This document shows positions 1 to 9,708 of a stretch of DNA of 64,000 bases, piece after piece. The position numbers were made by a program, and so were the translations under genes. The DNA is from an uncultured virus (IMG/VR IMGVR_UViG_3300030118_002929) (taxonomy: Duplodnaviria > Heunggongvirae > Uroviricota > Caudoviricetes): IMG/VR virus record IMGVR_UViG_3300030118_002929, one strand, 5' to 3'. Positions within the stretch are counted from its first letter, which is position 1. Every line of letters begins with the position of its first letter. The notes under the pieces are model-generated. The model was not told the DNA's origin. It saw only the letters and a program-made list of their open reading frames with translations, and searched no databases.

Positions 1-999
1 AGTGCTACATTTGTTGGTGCAATGCTGGGAATATCAGCAGGATTAGTTGCATTTGCAATAGGTGAAACTGTGGCATCTACTTCACAAGCAATATCACAGT
101 TTTTGACACCCGACTTTGCACAACAAATAAAAGATAATGTTTTAACTCTTTTAAGTATATCTCAACTAGATGGTATCGGAATGGATACTGCAGGATTTGT
201 TGCAGTTATGGGAGGACTATCAGCAGGATTAATTGCATTTGCAATAGGTCAAACAGGAGCAAGTATGGCAGATGCTCTTTCTAGATTTATGACAGGCAAA
301 GATAAATTCTCAACTGCTATCGTAGATAATGTAAAAGAACTTATGACGATATATGATATACCTGTAATTAAAGATGGTTCAGCAACAGGAGAAACATTTG
401 CTGAATTAATGAGTGGTATAGGTAGAGGATTAAATGCTTTTGCAGGAGGTCAGTTAGGAAGTGCATTGAAAGGTGTAGGAACAAGTATTCTTAACTTCTT
501 AACAGGTAATGAAAGTCCTATTGAAGAAATGGTAAAACTTGCCGACAATGCAAAAGATTTAGATACTGCCTCAGATGCTATAGAAAAACTAGCAACTTCA
601 TTATCAGTTATTTCAGCAATGAAGTTTGATGGTTCTAATTTAAATTTCAAAGCATTTGCAAAAGATTTAAAAGAATCCGTACCTATCATTGAAGCGGCGA
701 TTATGGGTGATGATGGTGGTTTCTTTGGAAGTAAAATTGAAGGTCTTGCAAGTAGTAACATTAAATACGAAGATGCAGTAAAAAATATTAAGATGTTAAG
801 AGAGGCATTAGTTGCCATGCCTAGAACTGCAGGGTTACAAACTTCACAAGCAACTAATACTGCAGAAGGAGGAACAGGAAATAATACTATCGTTGCGCCT
901 ACTGTAGTGGATGCAAGTGTTAACGATAGTTCACAACCTGTTACTACAATTACAGGAAGAGATAGTTTTAATCAACCATCATACGCACAATATGTTTAA
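1..999 (+). CDS. C-terminal part of a tape-measure-like or baseplate-associated virion protein (5' end outside window)
   Basis: Frame is open from the window edge. Ala/Gly-rich helical repeats (GISAGLVAFAIGE, GLSAGLIAFAIGQ, GIGRGLNAFAGGQ). Lies upstream of the hub and gp5 genes. Confidence 0.5.
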   Translation, partial: SATFVGAMLGISAGLVAFAIGETVASTSQAISQFLTPDFAQQIKDNVLTLLSISQLDGIGMDTAGFVAVMGGLSAGLIAFAIGQTGASMADALSRFMTGKDKFSTAIVDNVKELMTIYDIPVIKDGSATGETFAELMSGIGRGLNAFAGGQLGSALKGVGTSILNFLTGNESPIEEMVKLADNAKDLDTASDAIEKLATSLSVISAMKFDGSNLNFKAFAKDLKESVPIIEAAIMGDDGGFFGSKIEGLASSNIKYEDAVKNIKMLREALVAMPRTAGLQTSQATNTAEGGTGNNTIVAPTVVDASVNDSSQPVTTITGRDSFNQPSYAQYV

Positions 1000-1012
1000 G
1001 GAGTGATGATAA

Positions 1013-2431
1013 ATGGCACAACAAAAAGATGTTACGAACTCACAAGCAATAGTAAAAAGTTTTAAAATATATCACAATACAGTTAAAGATTTTAAAAGTG
1101 CCAGAGAGTCCGATGCGTTTATTGATATAGTTGATATATACAATTCTTTTTCTATTCACGAAACTATTTTAAATCCTTTTATAACTGCAACAGTCAATGT
1201 TTCAGATACTAATAATATGTTAACTGAAATGCCTATTATAGGCGGTGAGATAGTTAGAGTTAGATTTTTACCACCAGGTGGTGATGATACAGACGAAAGA
1301 GATTTAGTATTTCGTATTGCTAAAATATCAAATGTTACGATAGTTGAGAAAAGACAACATTTTAATTTACATCTCTTATCTTATGCAGGATTTAAAAATA
1401 TAACAACTAGAATATCTAGAGCATTTAAAGGTGATGCAACAACTATTGTAGATGATATTTACTACAACTATCTGTTTACTAAAATGGATACAAGTGCAAC
1501 TAAAGATTTAAACTTTGATAATTCTCTTAGCACATTAAAATTTATTTGTCCTAATTGGTCACCGGCAAAAGCAATTCAATATGCAATGCGTTATGCATAT
1601 ACTAGAGATAAAGGTGTCAACTTACCTAATTTTTTCTTTTATGAAACTTTAAATGATTTTTATTTTCTAAACACTAATACTTTATTCGATAGAGAAAAAA
1701 ATGTTTGTGTAACAGATAAGTATGACGAAATACTTAACATAAGACCTGAAGGTAAAATCGCTAAAGGTTATCATTACAAACAACCAGGTATACCTGTAGT
1801 AGGGGCAGATGGATTACCTAGGTCAAATCTTGTAGGTGATGAAAGTTATCAGAATGTTGATGAGTTTATGATAGATGATGAAAATACATTTGCTGAAGAT
1901 TACATGTCTGGTAATATAACTACTAGTAATACAACGCATGATATTTTTCATAAAAGTTATAGTACACAATCATTTAATTACTATGATGACTTTGACAAAT
2001 TTCCTAGATTAGGAAACAATCAAAAATATGTAAGATATAACGATATGGGTGAGAGTTCAAATATTAATAAATCTTTTACACCTAAGCATTCTAGAAATCA
2101 TTCTAACTTAGTTAATCAAACAGGTGAAAGAGCAACATATTCAGATACAGTTGTTTTAAATAGAAGTCAAATAGTAAAACAAATGTTTGAAGAAGTAATA
2201 ACTAATTTTGAAGTGCCAGGTCATACACTTATAAATGCTGGTAAACTAGTAGATTTTAATTTTCCTTCTGCTAGAGAGATAAACAATTTAGCAAAAGCAT
2301 ATGATAAACATCGTAAAGGTTTATATTTAATTAGAGACTGCATACATAAAATTGTAAATCAAGGTTCAGGAAAAGCGATTTATAAGTGTAACATGAATAT
2401 TGTAAAGGATGGTTATCACGATGTCGAATAA
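1013..2431 (+). CDS. Baseplate hub protein, T4 gp27-like
   Basis: SD AAGGAG. Hub-type motifs (SIHETILNPF..MPIIGGE, VPGH..INAGKLV, GLYLI..CIH). Directly upstream of gp5. Confidence 0.65.
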   Translation: MAQQKDVTNSQAIVKSFKIYHNTVKDFKSARESDAFIDIVDIYNSFSIHETILNPFITATVNVSDTNNMLTEMPIIGGEIVRVRFLPPGGDDTDERDLVFRIAKISNVTIVEKRQHFNLHLLSYAGFKNITTRISRAFKGDATTIVDDIYYNYLFTKMDTSATKDLNFDNSLSTLKFICPNWSPAKAIQYAMRYAYTRDKGVNLPNFFFYETLNDFYFLNTNTLFDREKNVCVTDKYDEILNIRPEGKIAKGYHYKQPGIPVVGADGLPRSNLVGDESYQNVDEFMIDDENTFAEDYMSGNITTSNTTHDIFHKSYSTQSFNYYDDFDKFPRLGNNQKYVRYNDMGESSNINKSFTPKHSRNHSNLVNQTGERATYSDTVVLNRSQIVKQMFEEVITNFEVPGHTLINAGKLVDFNFPSAREINNLAKAYDKHRKGLYLIRDCIHKIVNQGSGKAIYKCNMNIVKDGYHDVE

Positions 2432-3386
2432 AGAAATGCCAATGTTAACTAAAGAACAACAAAAACATTTTATGGGATTCAATGGTTTTACTTGGTGGAT
2501 AGGTGTAGTAGAAGATAATAATGATCCTGAAAAACTTGGTAGAGTAAGAGTTAGATGTTTAGGTTTACACACAGAAAATAAAAACGAATTACCTACTGAA
2601 GACTTGCCATGGGCAACACCTATGATGCCTTTGACTTCAGGTTCTATATCACAAATAGGACAAGCACCTACAGGACTACAAAATGGTTCATGGGTTGTAG
2701 GTTTCTTTAGAGATAATGAAGATTGTCAAGACCCAGTTGTTATGGGTTCTTTTTATGGGTACCCTATGGAAAGACCTAATACTGATTTAGGATTTTGTGA
2801 TGCATCAGGAACACACCCTATAGAAATTGAAGAACCAGATACATCTAGATTAGCAAGAGGTTTAACAACTTCTAAAGTATATCAAGCAAAGAAGGCACTA
2901 TTAGATTTAGAAACACAAGACTTACATACTATTGCAAATGTAAGTGATACTTGGGCATCATTGTCTAACCCATATGCGGCAAGATATCCGTTTAATAAAG
3001 TAAATCAAACAGAGAGTGGTCATGTAATAGAGTTAGATGATACACCCAATGCAGAAAGAATTAATATTCAACATAAAAGTGGAACCTTTTTAGAGTTTCA
3101 CCCTAATGGTGATATTAGAGTTTTAGGTAAAAATGGTGAAGTGATTATTCAAGGAGGATTAAATGTTCATATTACTGGCAATGTTAATCTTACTTGTGAT
3201 AACGCATTTAATCATCATGTCAAAGGTAACTATAGTTTACAAATAGACGGAACTAAAACTGAAGTCGTAACAGGTCTTGTAAGTGAAACTTATAAGGCAA
3301 ATCAAACAACAAAAATAACAGGAAAATTAGATTTAGATGCATCTAGCGAAGTTGATGTAGATGCAGGAATTATTAATTTGAACTAG
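2421..3386 (+). CDS. gp5: Baseplate central spike gp5 (OB-fold plus beta-helix, no lysozyme domain)
   Basis: WWIGVVEDNNDPEKLGRVRVR..LPWA, YPFNKV..TESGHVIELDDTP..ERI..HKSGTF. Start could be 2409, 2421 or slightly downstream. Confidence 0.9.
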   Translation: MSNKEMPMLTKEQQKHFMGFNGFTWWIGVVEDNNDPEKLGRVRVRCLGLHTENKNELPTEDLPWATPMMPLTSGSISQIGQAPTGLQNGSWVVGFFRDNEDCQDPVVMGSFYGYPMERPNTDLGFCDASGTHPIEIEEPDTSRLARGLTTSKVYQAKKALLDLETQDLHTIANVSDTWASLSNPYAARYPFNKVNQTESGHVIELDDTPNAERINIQHKSGTFLEFHPNGDIRVLGKNGEVIIQGGLNVHITGNVNLTCDNAFNHHVKGNYSLQIDGTKTEVVTGLVSETYKANQTTKITGKLDLDASSEVDVDAGIINLN

Positions 3387-3393
3387 GACTAAA

Positions 3394-3528
3394 ATGGCAA
3401 AGAGAACATTATGGAGAGTTTTGATAGTGAAATTAAGAATGTGGTATGCAGACATAAGAGGACATCACGGACATAAATGGAACTATGAACCTTCAGATTA
3501 TTACATGGGTAGAAACAAAAGGAAATAA
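3394..3528 (+). CDS. Small basic hypothetical protein, 44 aa (MAKRTLWRVLIVKLRMWYADIRGHHGHKW...)
   Basis: SD AGGA, ATG 3394, TAA 3526-3528. Fills the gap after gp5. Below the ORF-track cutoff. Confidence 0.7.
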   Translation: MAKRTLWRVLIVKLRMWYADIRGHHGHKWNYEPSDYYMGRNKRK

Positions 3529-3530
3529 CT

Positions 3531-3674
3531 ATGGCAAAAGCACCAAGATTTGGAGTGCAAGTTGCGTACACTAAAACTAGCAAAGGCACTTCTATAGGAC
3601 GAAAACCGATTATGTCAACTATGAACAAATCGAAAAAACGAAGTTTTAAAAAGTACAGAGGACAAGGAAAATAA
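3531..3674 (+). CDS. Small basic protein, 47 aa, ending KKYRGQGK
   Basis: SD AAGGA, ATG 3531, TAA 3672-3674. I recall this C-terminus from small T4-like marine phage ORFs near gp25 (not searched). Confidence 0.75.
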   Translation: MAKAPRFGVQVAYTKTSKGTSIGRKPIMSTMNKSKKRSFKKYRGQGK

Positions 3675-3677
3675 ATC

Positions 3678-3869
3678 ATGGAATTTATATGGACACTATT
3701 ATTGACTGCATGTTTAACAGATACGAATTGCAAGTATCAAGATGTTCAATGGTTTGATACTGAAACAGAGTGTAATCAAAATAAACTATTACACGAAGAG
3801 ATACCTATAGACGGTAACTGGAAAACAGTCAGTTATGAATGCAAACCTGTAGGAAGTAAGGCGATATAA
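3678..3869 (+). CDS. Hypothetical 63-aa protein with hydrophobic N-terminus and four Cys
   Basis: SD AAGGA. TAATG overlap with the next gene. LLLTAC resembles a lipobox. Confidence 0.7.
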   Translation: MEFIWTLLLTACLTDTNCKYQDVQWFDTETECNQNKLLHEEIPIDGNWKTVSYECKPVGSKAI

Positions 3870-4279
3870 TGCCAGGTGTTGTACGAGTAGGTTTAGATAG
3901 TCATGTAGGTCATGCAAGTCCTACACCTAACCCTTTTCATAGAACATCTTACGCAACAGGTTCATCTAATGTATTTACGAATGGTGCGAAAACAGTTCGT
4001 ATAGGTGATACAACTTCCTGTGGAGATCCTGCAACTGCTGGATCGCCTAATGTGTTTGTGAACGGTATTAAAGTTCATAGATTAAGTGATGCTACAGGAG
4101 GTCATGGATCATGGGTATCAAATAGTGCCGCAACTGCATCAAGTAATGTGTTTGCAAACGGCGGAGGTTCTGCACCTGCTACATCTGGTGCTATAACCAC
4201 AGTTACTTCTAATAGTTTAGCAAATGGGGGTGCAGGTTGTGATAATTATGATTGGGCAAATCAAGTTTGTAAAGATTAA
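3869..4279 (+). CDS. PAAR-type spike tip protein (T4 gp5.4-like) with C-terminal extension
   Basis: RVGLDSHVGH, GSSNVFTNG..RIGD...CGD, GSPNVFVNG..HRLSD repeats. Confidence 0.85.
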   Translation: MPGVVRVGLDSHVGHASPTPNPFHRTSYATGSSNVFTNGAKTVRIGDTTSCGDPATAGSPNVFVNGIKVHRLSDATGGHGSWVSNSAATASSNVFANGGGSAPATSGAITTVTSNSLANGGAGCDNYDWANQVCKD

Positions 4280-4310
4280 AGAAATAAACGACTAGGGTAT
4301 AACAAATAGA

Positions 4311-4318
4311 TATAAATA
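4311..4318 (+). promoter_or_regulatory. T4-type late promoter
   Basis: TATAAATA, 5 nt before the gp25 ATG. Confidence 0.85.
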
Positions 4319-4323
4319 ATAAT

Positions 4324-4725
4324 ATGGCAACGATTACTAGACAAACTACAAATTTTAGTGATTTAGACTTAAATTTCACATTACTAGATGGTAGTAATGA
4401 TGTGGGTCTAAAAACAGATGTAGAGGCAGTCAAGCAATCTATTAGAAGTCTTATTCTGACTAGACACTATGAAAGACCTTTTCAATCGTATATAGGTTCA
4501 GCATTAGGTGATTTGTTATTTGAATTGAATACTCCTTTGACTAGAAGAATGATAGAAAAGACTATCAGAGAATGTATAGAAAACTTTGAACCTAGATGTA
4601 AACTTGTAAATATTACAGTAGATGACCAAGGTGACAGAAACGAATATAGAGTAAGAATATATTTCTATGTTGTAAATCACAATCAACAAGAAGTATTAGA
4701 AACATTTTTAGAGAGAATAAGATAA
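4324..4725 (+). CDS. gp25: Baseplate wedge subunit gp25
   Basis: FSDLDLNF..AVKQSIRSLILT...ERPF...LLFE...FEPR. Confidence 0.92.
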   Translation: MATITRQTTNFSDLDLNFTLLDGSNDVGLKTDVEAVKQSIRSLILTRHYERPFQSYIGSALGDLLFELNTPLTRRMIEKTIRECIENFEPRCKLVNITVDDQGDRNEYRVRIYFYVVNHNQQEVLETFLERIR

Positions 4726-4726
4726 T

Positions 4727-6715
4727 ATGGCAACTACAACTAAAAGAATTAGAGTTACCGAGTTAGACTTTACAGAGATTAAAAATAATCTTAAAAGTTA
4801 TCTAAAAGCACAACCTAAATTTGCTGATTATAATTTTGAAGGTTCTGCTATTAATACTTTGCTAGATGTTTTAGCATACAATACACATTATAGTGCCGTG
4901 TATTCTAATATGGTTGCTAACGAGATGTTTCTTGATAGTGCAGTCAAGAGAGATAGTATTGTATCACTAGCAAAACATTTAGGATATACACCAAGGTCTT
5001 CAACTGCACCAACGGCAGTAATCAATGTAACAATTAATAGTCCTGCAGGAAGTCCTGCAACACTAACGATGCCATCAGGAACAACTTTTTCTACCCAAGT
5101 AAATGGCACAAGTTATTCATATGTAACACAAAGCGATTTAACTATCGTACCTTCTTCTGGTGTTTATACTTTTACAAATGTTAATATAAAAGAAGGAACA
5201 TCTATTCGATATGAATATACAAAAGATAGTGCAGATTTTAATCAAAGATTTTTAATACAAGATGATAGAGCAGATACAAGCACATTAAAAGTATCAGTAC
5301 AAAATTCAACTACAGATGCCACAACAACTACATTTACAAGAGCAGAAAATATTTTAGATGTAAAAGATACCTCTGAAGTATATTTTTTAAATGCAGTAGA
5401 AGATGGTCAATACGAAGTTACTTTCGGTGATGGTATTTTAGGTAAAGCATTAAGTGATGGTAATATAATAGTTTTAGAATATCTTATAACAAATGAAGAA
5501 ACATCTAACGGTGCTAAAACATTTACATTATCTTCTACAGTAGGTGGTACTACTAATGCTACAATCACAACTGTTTCTAATTCACAAGGTGGAGCAGTAA
5601 GAGAAACTTTAGATAGTATAAAATTTAACGCACCTAAATATTACTCTTCACAAAATCGTGCAGTTACGGCAGAAGATTTTAAAGTTATACTTCCTAAACT
5701 ATACGGTAATGTTGATAGTATGCAAGTGTGGGGTGGTGAAGATAATGACCCACCTATCTATGGTAAAGTTTTTCTATCAATTAAACCTGTAACAGGAACA
5801 ACATTAACAGAAACTACAAAGGCAAGTATTACAAAAGATATTTTAGCATCTAAAACTATGGTATCAATTACACCTGAAATAGTTGATCCTTTATATATTT
5901 GTATTATGCCAACAATCAATGTATATTGGAATCCTAATTCAACTACCTCAACAGGAGGTGATATAGTAACTAAAGTCAAAGATGCAGTTACAAATTATTA
6001 TAATACTGAAATCAAAAATTTTGATAGTGTATTCAGATTTTCAAAGTTTCAAAAAATTATTGATGAATCCGATGTAGGTATTACAAGTAACATTACAACT
6101 TTTAGAATAGAACAACACTTTACTGCAGTTCTAAATGAAAAATATAAGTACACTACAAACTTCTATAATCCATTATTTACTCAAGGAGCAGGTGCACCTA
6201 CTAACTTATCATCGACAGGATTTTATCTAGCAGGTTCTACAAACTTACACTTCTTAGATGATGATGGTGCAGGTAATGTAAGGTCATATTATCTAGAGCA
6301 AGGTACATCAACAAGAGTATATACAAACTCTCAACAAGGATCAATTAACTATACTACAGGACAAATAATAGTAGACCAGTTAAATGTTACTTCAACTGTA
6401 TTAGATAACAACGAGGTAAAATTATATGTAACACCTAACAGTAATGATGTAGTATCTGTTAGAAATGTATTACTTATGATTAACCCAGCAAATGTTGTTG
6501 TTAATACTATTGTTGATAAAGTAGCAACAGGAGAAAGCACCGCAGGTGTTGACTATACTGTTTCATCAAGTCATAACTTATCTCAAACTGGACAAACAAC
6601 TACTACCTCTTCTTCAATATCCTCTGCAGGATCTTCTTCAAGTTCAAGTTCTAGTTCTTCAAGTTCAGGTTCTAGTTCTGGTTCTTCAGGATCGTCTAGC
6701 GGTTCTGGTTACTAA
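4727..6715 (+). CDS. gp6: Baseplate wedge subunit gp6
   Basis: ELDF..IK..L..YL...DYNFEGS....LLDVLAYNTHY, QNRAVTAED. Ser/Gly-rich C-terminal tail. Confidence 0.93.
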   Translation: MATTTKRIRVTELDFTEIKNNLKSYLKAQPKFADYNFEGSAINTLLDVLAYNTHYSAVYSNMVANEMFLDSAVKRDSIVSLAKHLGYTPRSSTAPTAVINVTINSPAGSPATLTMPSGTTFSTQVNGTSYSYVTQSDLTIVPSSGVYTFTNVNIKEGTSIRYEYTKDSADFNQRFLIQDDRADTSTLKVSVQNSTTDATTTTFTRAENILDVKDTSEVYFLNAVEDGQYEVTFGDGILGKALSDGNIIVLEYLITNEETSNGAKTFTLSSTVGGTTNATITTVSNSQGGAVRETLDSIKFNAPKYYSSQNRAVTAEDFKVILPKLYGNVDSMQVWGGEDNDPPIYGKVFLSIKPVTGTTLTETTKASITKDILASKTMVSITPEIVDPLYICIMPTINVYWNPNSTTSTGGDIVTKVKDAVTNYYNTEIKNFDSVFRFSKFQKIIDESDVGITSNITTFRIEQHFTAVLNEKYKYTTNFYNPLFTQGAGAPTNLSSTGFYLAGSTNLHFLDDDGAGNVRSYYLEQGTSTRVYTNSQQGSINYTTGQIIVDQLNVTSTVLDNNEVKLYVTPNSNDVVSVRNVLLMINPANVVVNTIVDKVATGESTAGVDYTVSSSHNLSQTGQTTTTSSSISSAGSSSSSSSSSSSSGSSSGSSGSSSGSGY

Positions 6716-6730
6716 ATGAGGTGATAACTT

Positions 6731-9661
6731 ATGGCACATATACTTGATAAAGATAATAGAAACCGTCTATCTAAATTAGTATCAGAGCAATTACCAGAAT
6801 TTATTAAAGGTGACCACACCACTCTTGTTGCTTTCATTGAAGCATATTACGAATATCTAGAACAAAATCAAAAACCTATAGAGATGAATAGGAATCTTCG
6901 TCTTTATAATGATATTGATATGACACTAGATTCCTTCGTTGATTATTTTAAAAAGAATTATCTTGTAGATATACCTGATACAATACTTGCAGACAAAAGA
7001 ACATTTTTAAAAAATGTAAGAGAATTTTATAAAGGAAAAGGTACAGATAAATCATTCATTCTACTATTCAGAATGTTATTTAATGAAACGGCAGAAATCT
7101 ACTATCCTAAAGTAGATATGTTAAAAGCATCTGATGGTATCTTCACTTCAGAAACAGTTTTAAACTTAAAAAGTCTTACAGGTGATGTTACTCAAATTAC
7201 AGGACAATTAGTTACACAACCTAATAATAAGAATGATGCTAATATTAACTTAGCAACTGCAACAATAGAAAGTGTTGTAGGATTTGTAGTTGGCGCTAAT
7301 CAAATTTATAGATTAACATTAACAGATAATACACTTGCAGGAAACTTTATTGCAGGTCAAACAGTAACTATTACAGGACAAGATGATAGTACAATTACAG
7401 GAGTTGTTGATAGTATTATCACAGGTGTTACTACAACGAATGATGGTAATTATTATACACAAGAAGATGCACTAGCAAGTTCAGGTGGGTCAGGTTCATC
7501 TGCCGCTTTTGATATTGAAGCGACAGGTAAAGGTGGTATTAATGACTTTCTTATTGATGTACCTGGTTCAAAATATAAAGTAGGTGACCCGATTGCTTTT
7601 GCTAATACAGGAGTTGGGGCAGGTTCGATTGCTGAAGTATCAAGAGTTCAAAATGCTTTTCTATTAGAAAACGGTTCTGATTTTATTAATTTAGAAAGCG
7701 GAGAAAAAATATTAGAAGAAACTTCTAACATCGTATTAGAAGGTGTTGCACCTACACAAATACATTTAGAAGATGGCGATAATCTTTTAACTGAAGATGG
7801 TAAAAGAATAATTGCAGACACACCTTTGAATCCTGAATCCTTAGGTTTTTTAAATTTAGAAACAGGTCATAGACTTTTATCAGAAACAAACCCAACAATA
7901 GGTGCAGTTAGAGATATTAATATTGTAAACACAGGTAGCAACTATACAACTTTACCTACAGTTTCAGTAACATCTACTACAGGTACAGGTGCAGTAATAT
8001 ATGCTAAAAGTAATGACATAGGAAAAATAACAAGTGTAAATCGAACTAATGTAGGAACAAACTATACAAGTGCACCTACTATTACACCTCTTAATAATCT
8101 TATACTAAAAAATGTAACAGGTGGTAGTTTTGTTCAAGGTAATACATTAACAACTTTACAATCTAGAATAACTTTAGAAAATGGCGATAGTATAAAAAAA
8201 GAAGATGGTGATTTTTTAAATAGTGAAGATACTTCAACTGTAAGTGGTACTATTTTATCTATTGATACAAACAGAGCATTATATAAAGTTACACCTGCAT
8301 CAAGTTCAAACTTTACAGGAACTCTAAGAGTTACAAACGGAAGTGGTGTATCGGCAGTAGTTGAACAAAATGATATTGCCGTCTTAACACCTACTGTAGG
8401 AACAGTATCAGTTAGTGAAGGAACACTTATAGGTTCAAGAGGAAGACTATCAGAAAGTTCTAAGAAAATTCAAGATAGTAAATATTATCAAGAGTTTTCT
8501 TATGTTATTAAAGTAGGTCAATCTGTAAACGAATGGCGAGATGCAGTTAAAAGAATATTGCACCCTGTAGGACTAGCAGTCTTTGGAGAAGTTGCCATAC
8601 GAACTTCATTAAAAGCAACTTTATATAAAGACAATTATGCATCTTCTTTAGTAGGTGTAGGAGTTAACTCAACATCACCTAGATATAAACAGATACAAGC
8701 ATTGCTACAAGCAACTGTAACAGGTAATAATGCGTTAATACCTACAACACCTTTTGAAAAAATAGAACTAGAAATCATGGCAGAGGCAGTAAAAGTTGCA
8801 ATGTTCCCAACTAGACTTCTTAAAGAAGACATGGGTGGTATATTACTTGAAGATAGTAATGTCGATTTATCTGGGCAAGGTCAAAACTTCTTACGAGGTG
8901 AAGATGAATATGTAGGAACAGAACCAGGTGCAGTAGTGCCTCAGTTGATATTCCCAAGAGCGGCACAACCATTCACAAATATAGATGCAACTATATTAAT
9001 GTTAGACCAGATAAACATACTACTGAAAAATATTCAAGTAGATACTAATGTCAATGTACCTAATTTCAGTAATATTCCTACTAGAACAAAGTCAACACCT
9101 GAAATATTAATACAAGCAGTTACTAAGTTTGGTGATTTAGTAGAAAATGCTCCTGTTGTTACTTTACAAAAAGTTGTAGAAATATTAAAACAATTAAATG
9201 TATCATCTTCAGTAGGTCAAAATGTAGTTACACTACTATTACCTACTATTCAGTCATCTCAAAAACTACAAGTAACATTTGGTAGTGGTTCAAGACCATC
9301 TATTCATACAATAGAAAAACAGTTAACATTATTAGATGACGAACTAGCGGCATCATTCGGAAGTGCAAAAATGGGTACTTCAGGATATACACTAGAAAGA
9401 ATGAAATTTTTATTCCCGCCTTATAGTGCAGGAGTAAGAAGTATTGATAGAGGAGGGCGAATAAATAGAAGTGCGTACACCTCTACGGTACTAACAAGTA
9501 ACTATTCGGGTAGTAATACATCGAATAATACTTACTGGGATACACACGGTAATACTGCAGTTAAGGACTTTCCTAATGTAACTGTAGATGATGTCGTAAA
9601 CTTCCCAGGCAGAAAACTAGATTTTGCTATAGATAGCGAGGTCTTTTTGAGGAGTAGTTAA
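6731..9661 (+). CDS. gp7: Baseplate wedge initiator gp7-like
   Basis: QLPEFI..FIEAYYEYLE, FYKGKGT..SF..LFR.LF, KIQDSKYYQEFSYVIK..HPVG. Lies between gp6 and gp8. Confidence 0.75.
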   Translation: MAHILDKDNRNRLSKLVSEQLPEFIKGDHTTLVAFIEAYYEYLEQNQKPIEMNRNLRLYNDIDMTLDSFVDYFKKNYLVDIPDTILADKRTFLKNVREFYKGKGTDKSFILLFRMLFNETAEIYYPKVDMLKASDGIFTSETVLNLKSLTGDVTQITGQLVTQPNNKNDANINLATATIESVVGFVVGANQIYRLTLTDNTLAGNFIAGQTVTITGQDDSTITGVVDSIITGVTTTNDGNYYTQEDALASSGGSGSSAAFDIEATGKGGINDFLIDVPGSKYKVGDPIAFANTGVGAGSIAEVSRVQNAFLLENGSDFINLESGEKILEETSNIVLEGVAPTQIHLEDGDNLLTEDGKRIIADTPLNPESLGFLNLETGHRLLSETNPTIGAVRDINIVNTGSNYTTLPTVSVTSTTGTGAVIYAKSNDIGKITSVNRTNVGTNYTSAPTITPLNNLILKNVTGGSFVQGNTLTTLQSRITLENGDSIKKEDGDFLNSEDTSTVSGTILSIDTNRALYKVTPASSSNFTGTLRVTNGSGVSAVVEQNDIAVLTPTVGTVSVSEGTLIGSRGRLSESSKKIQDSKYYQEFSYVIKVGQSVNEWRDAVKRILHPVGLAVFGEVAIRTSLKATLYKDNYASSLVGVGVNSTSPRYKQIQALLQATVTGNNALIPTTPFEKIELEIMAEAVKVAMFPTRLLKEDMGGILLEDSNVDLSGQGQNFLRGEDEYVGTEPGAVVPQLIFPRAAQPFTNIDATILMLDQINILLKNIQVDTNVNVPNFSNIPTRTKSTPEILIQAVTKFGDLVENAPVVTLQKVVEILKQLNVSSSVGQNVVTLLLPTIQSSQKLQVTFGSGSRPSIHTIEKQLTLLDDELAASFGSAKMGTSGYTLERMKFLFPPYSAGVRSIDRGGRINRSAYTSTVLTSNYSGSNTSNNTYWDTHGNTAVKDFPNVTVDDVVNFPGRKLDFAIDSEVFLRSS

Positions 9662-9669
9662 ACTCCTTG

Positions 9670-9677
9670 TATAAATA
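9670..9677 (+). promoter_or_regulatory. T4-type late promoter
   Basis: Intergenic TATAAATA before gp8. Confidence 0.8.
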
Positions 9678-9708
9678 TAATATAAGTCAAATATAAGAGA
9701 GGACTAAA

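Noticed and set aside
3678..3869. o-spanin or lipoprotein call from the LTAC lipobox
   Set aside because: No positively charged n-region, a very short h-region and no adjacent i-spanin or lysis genes.
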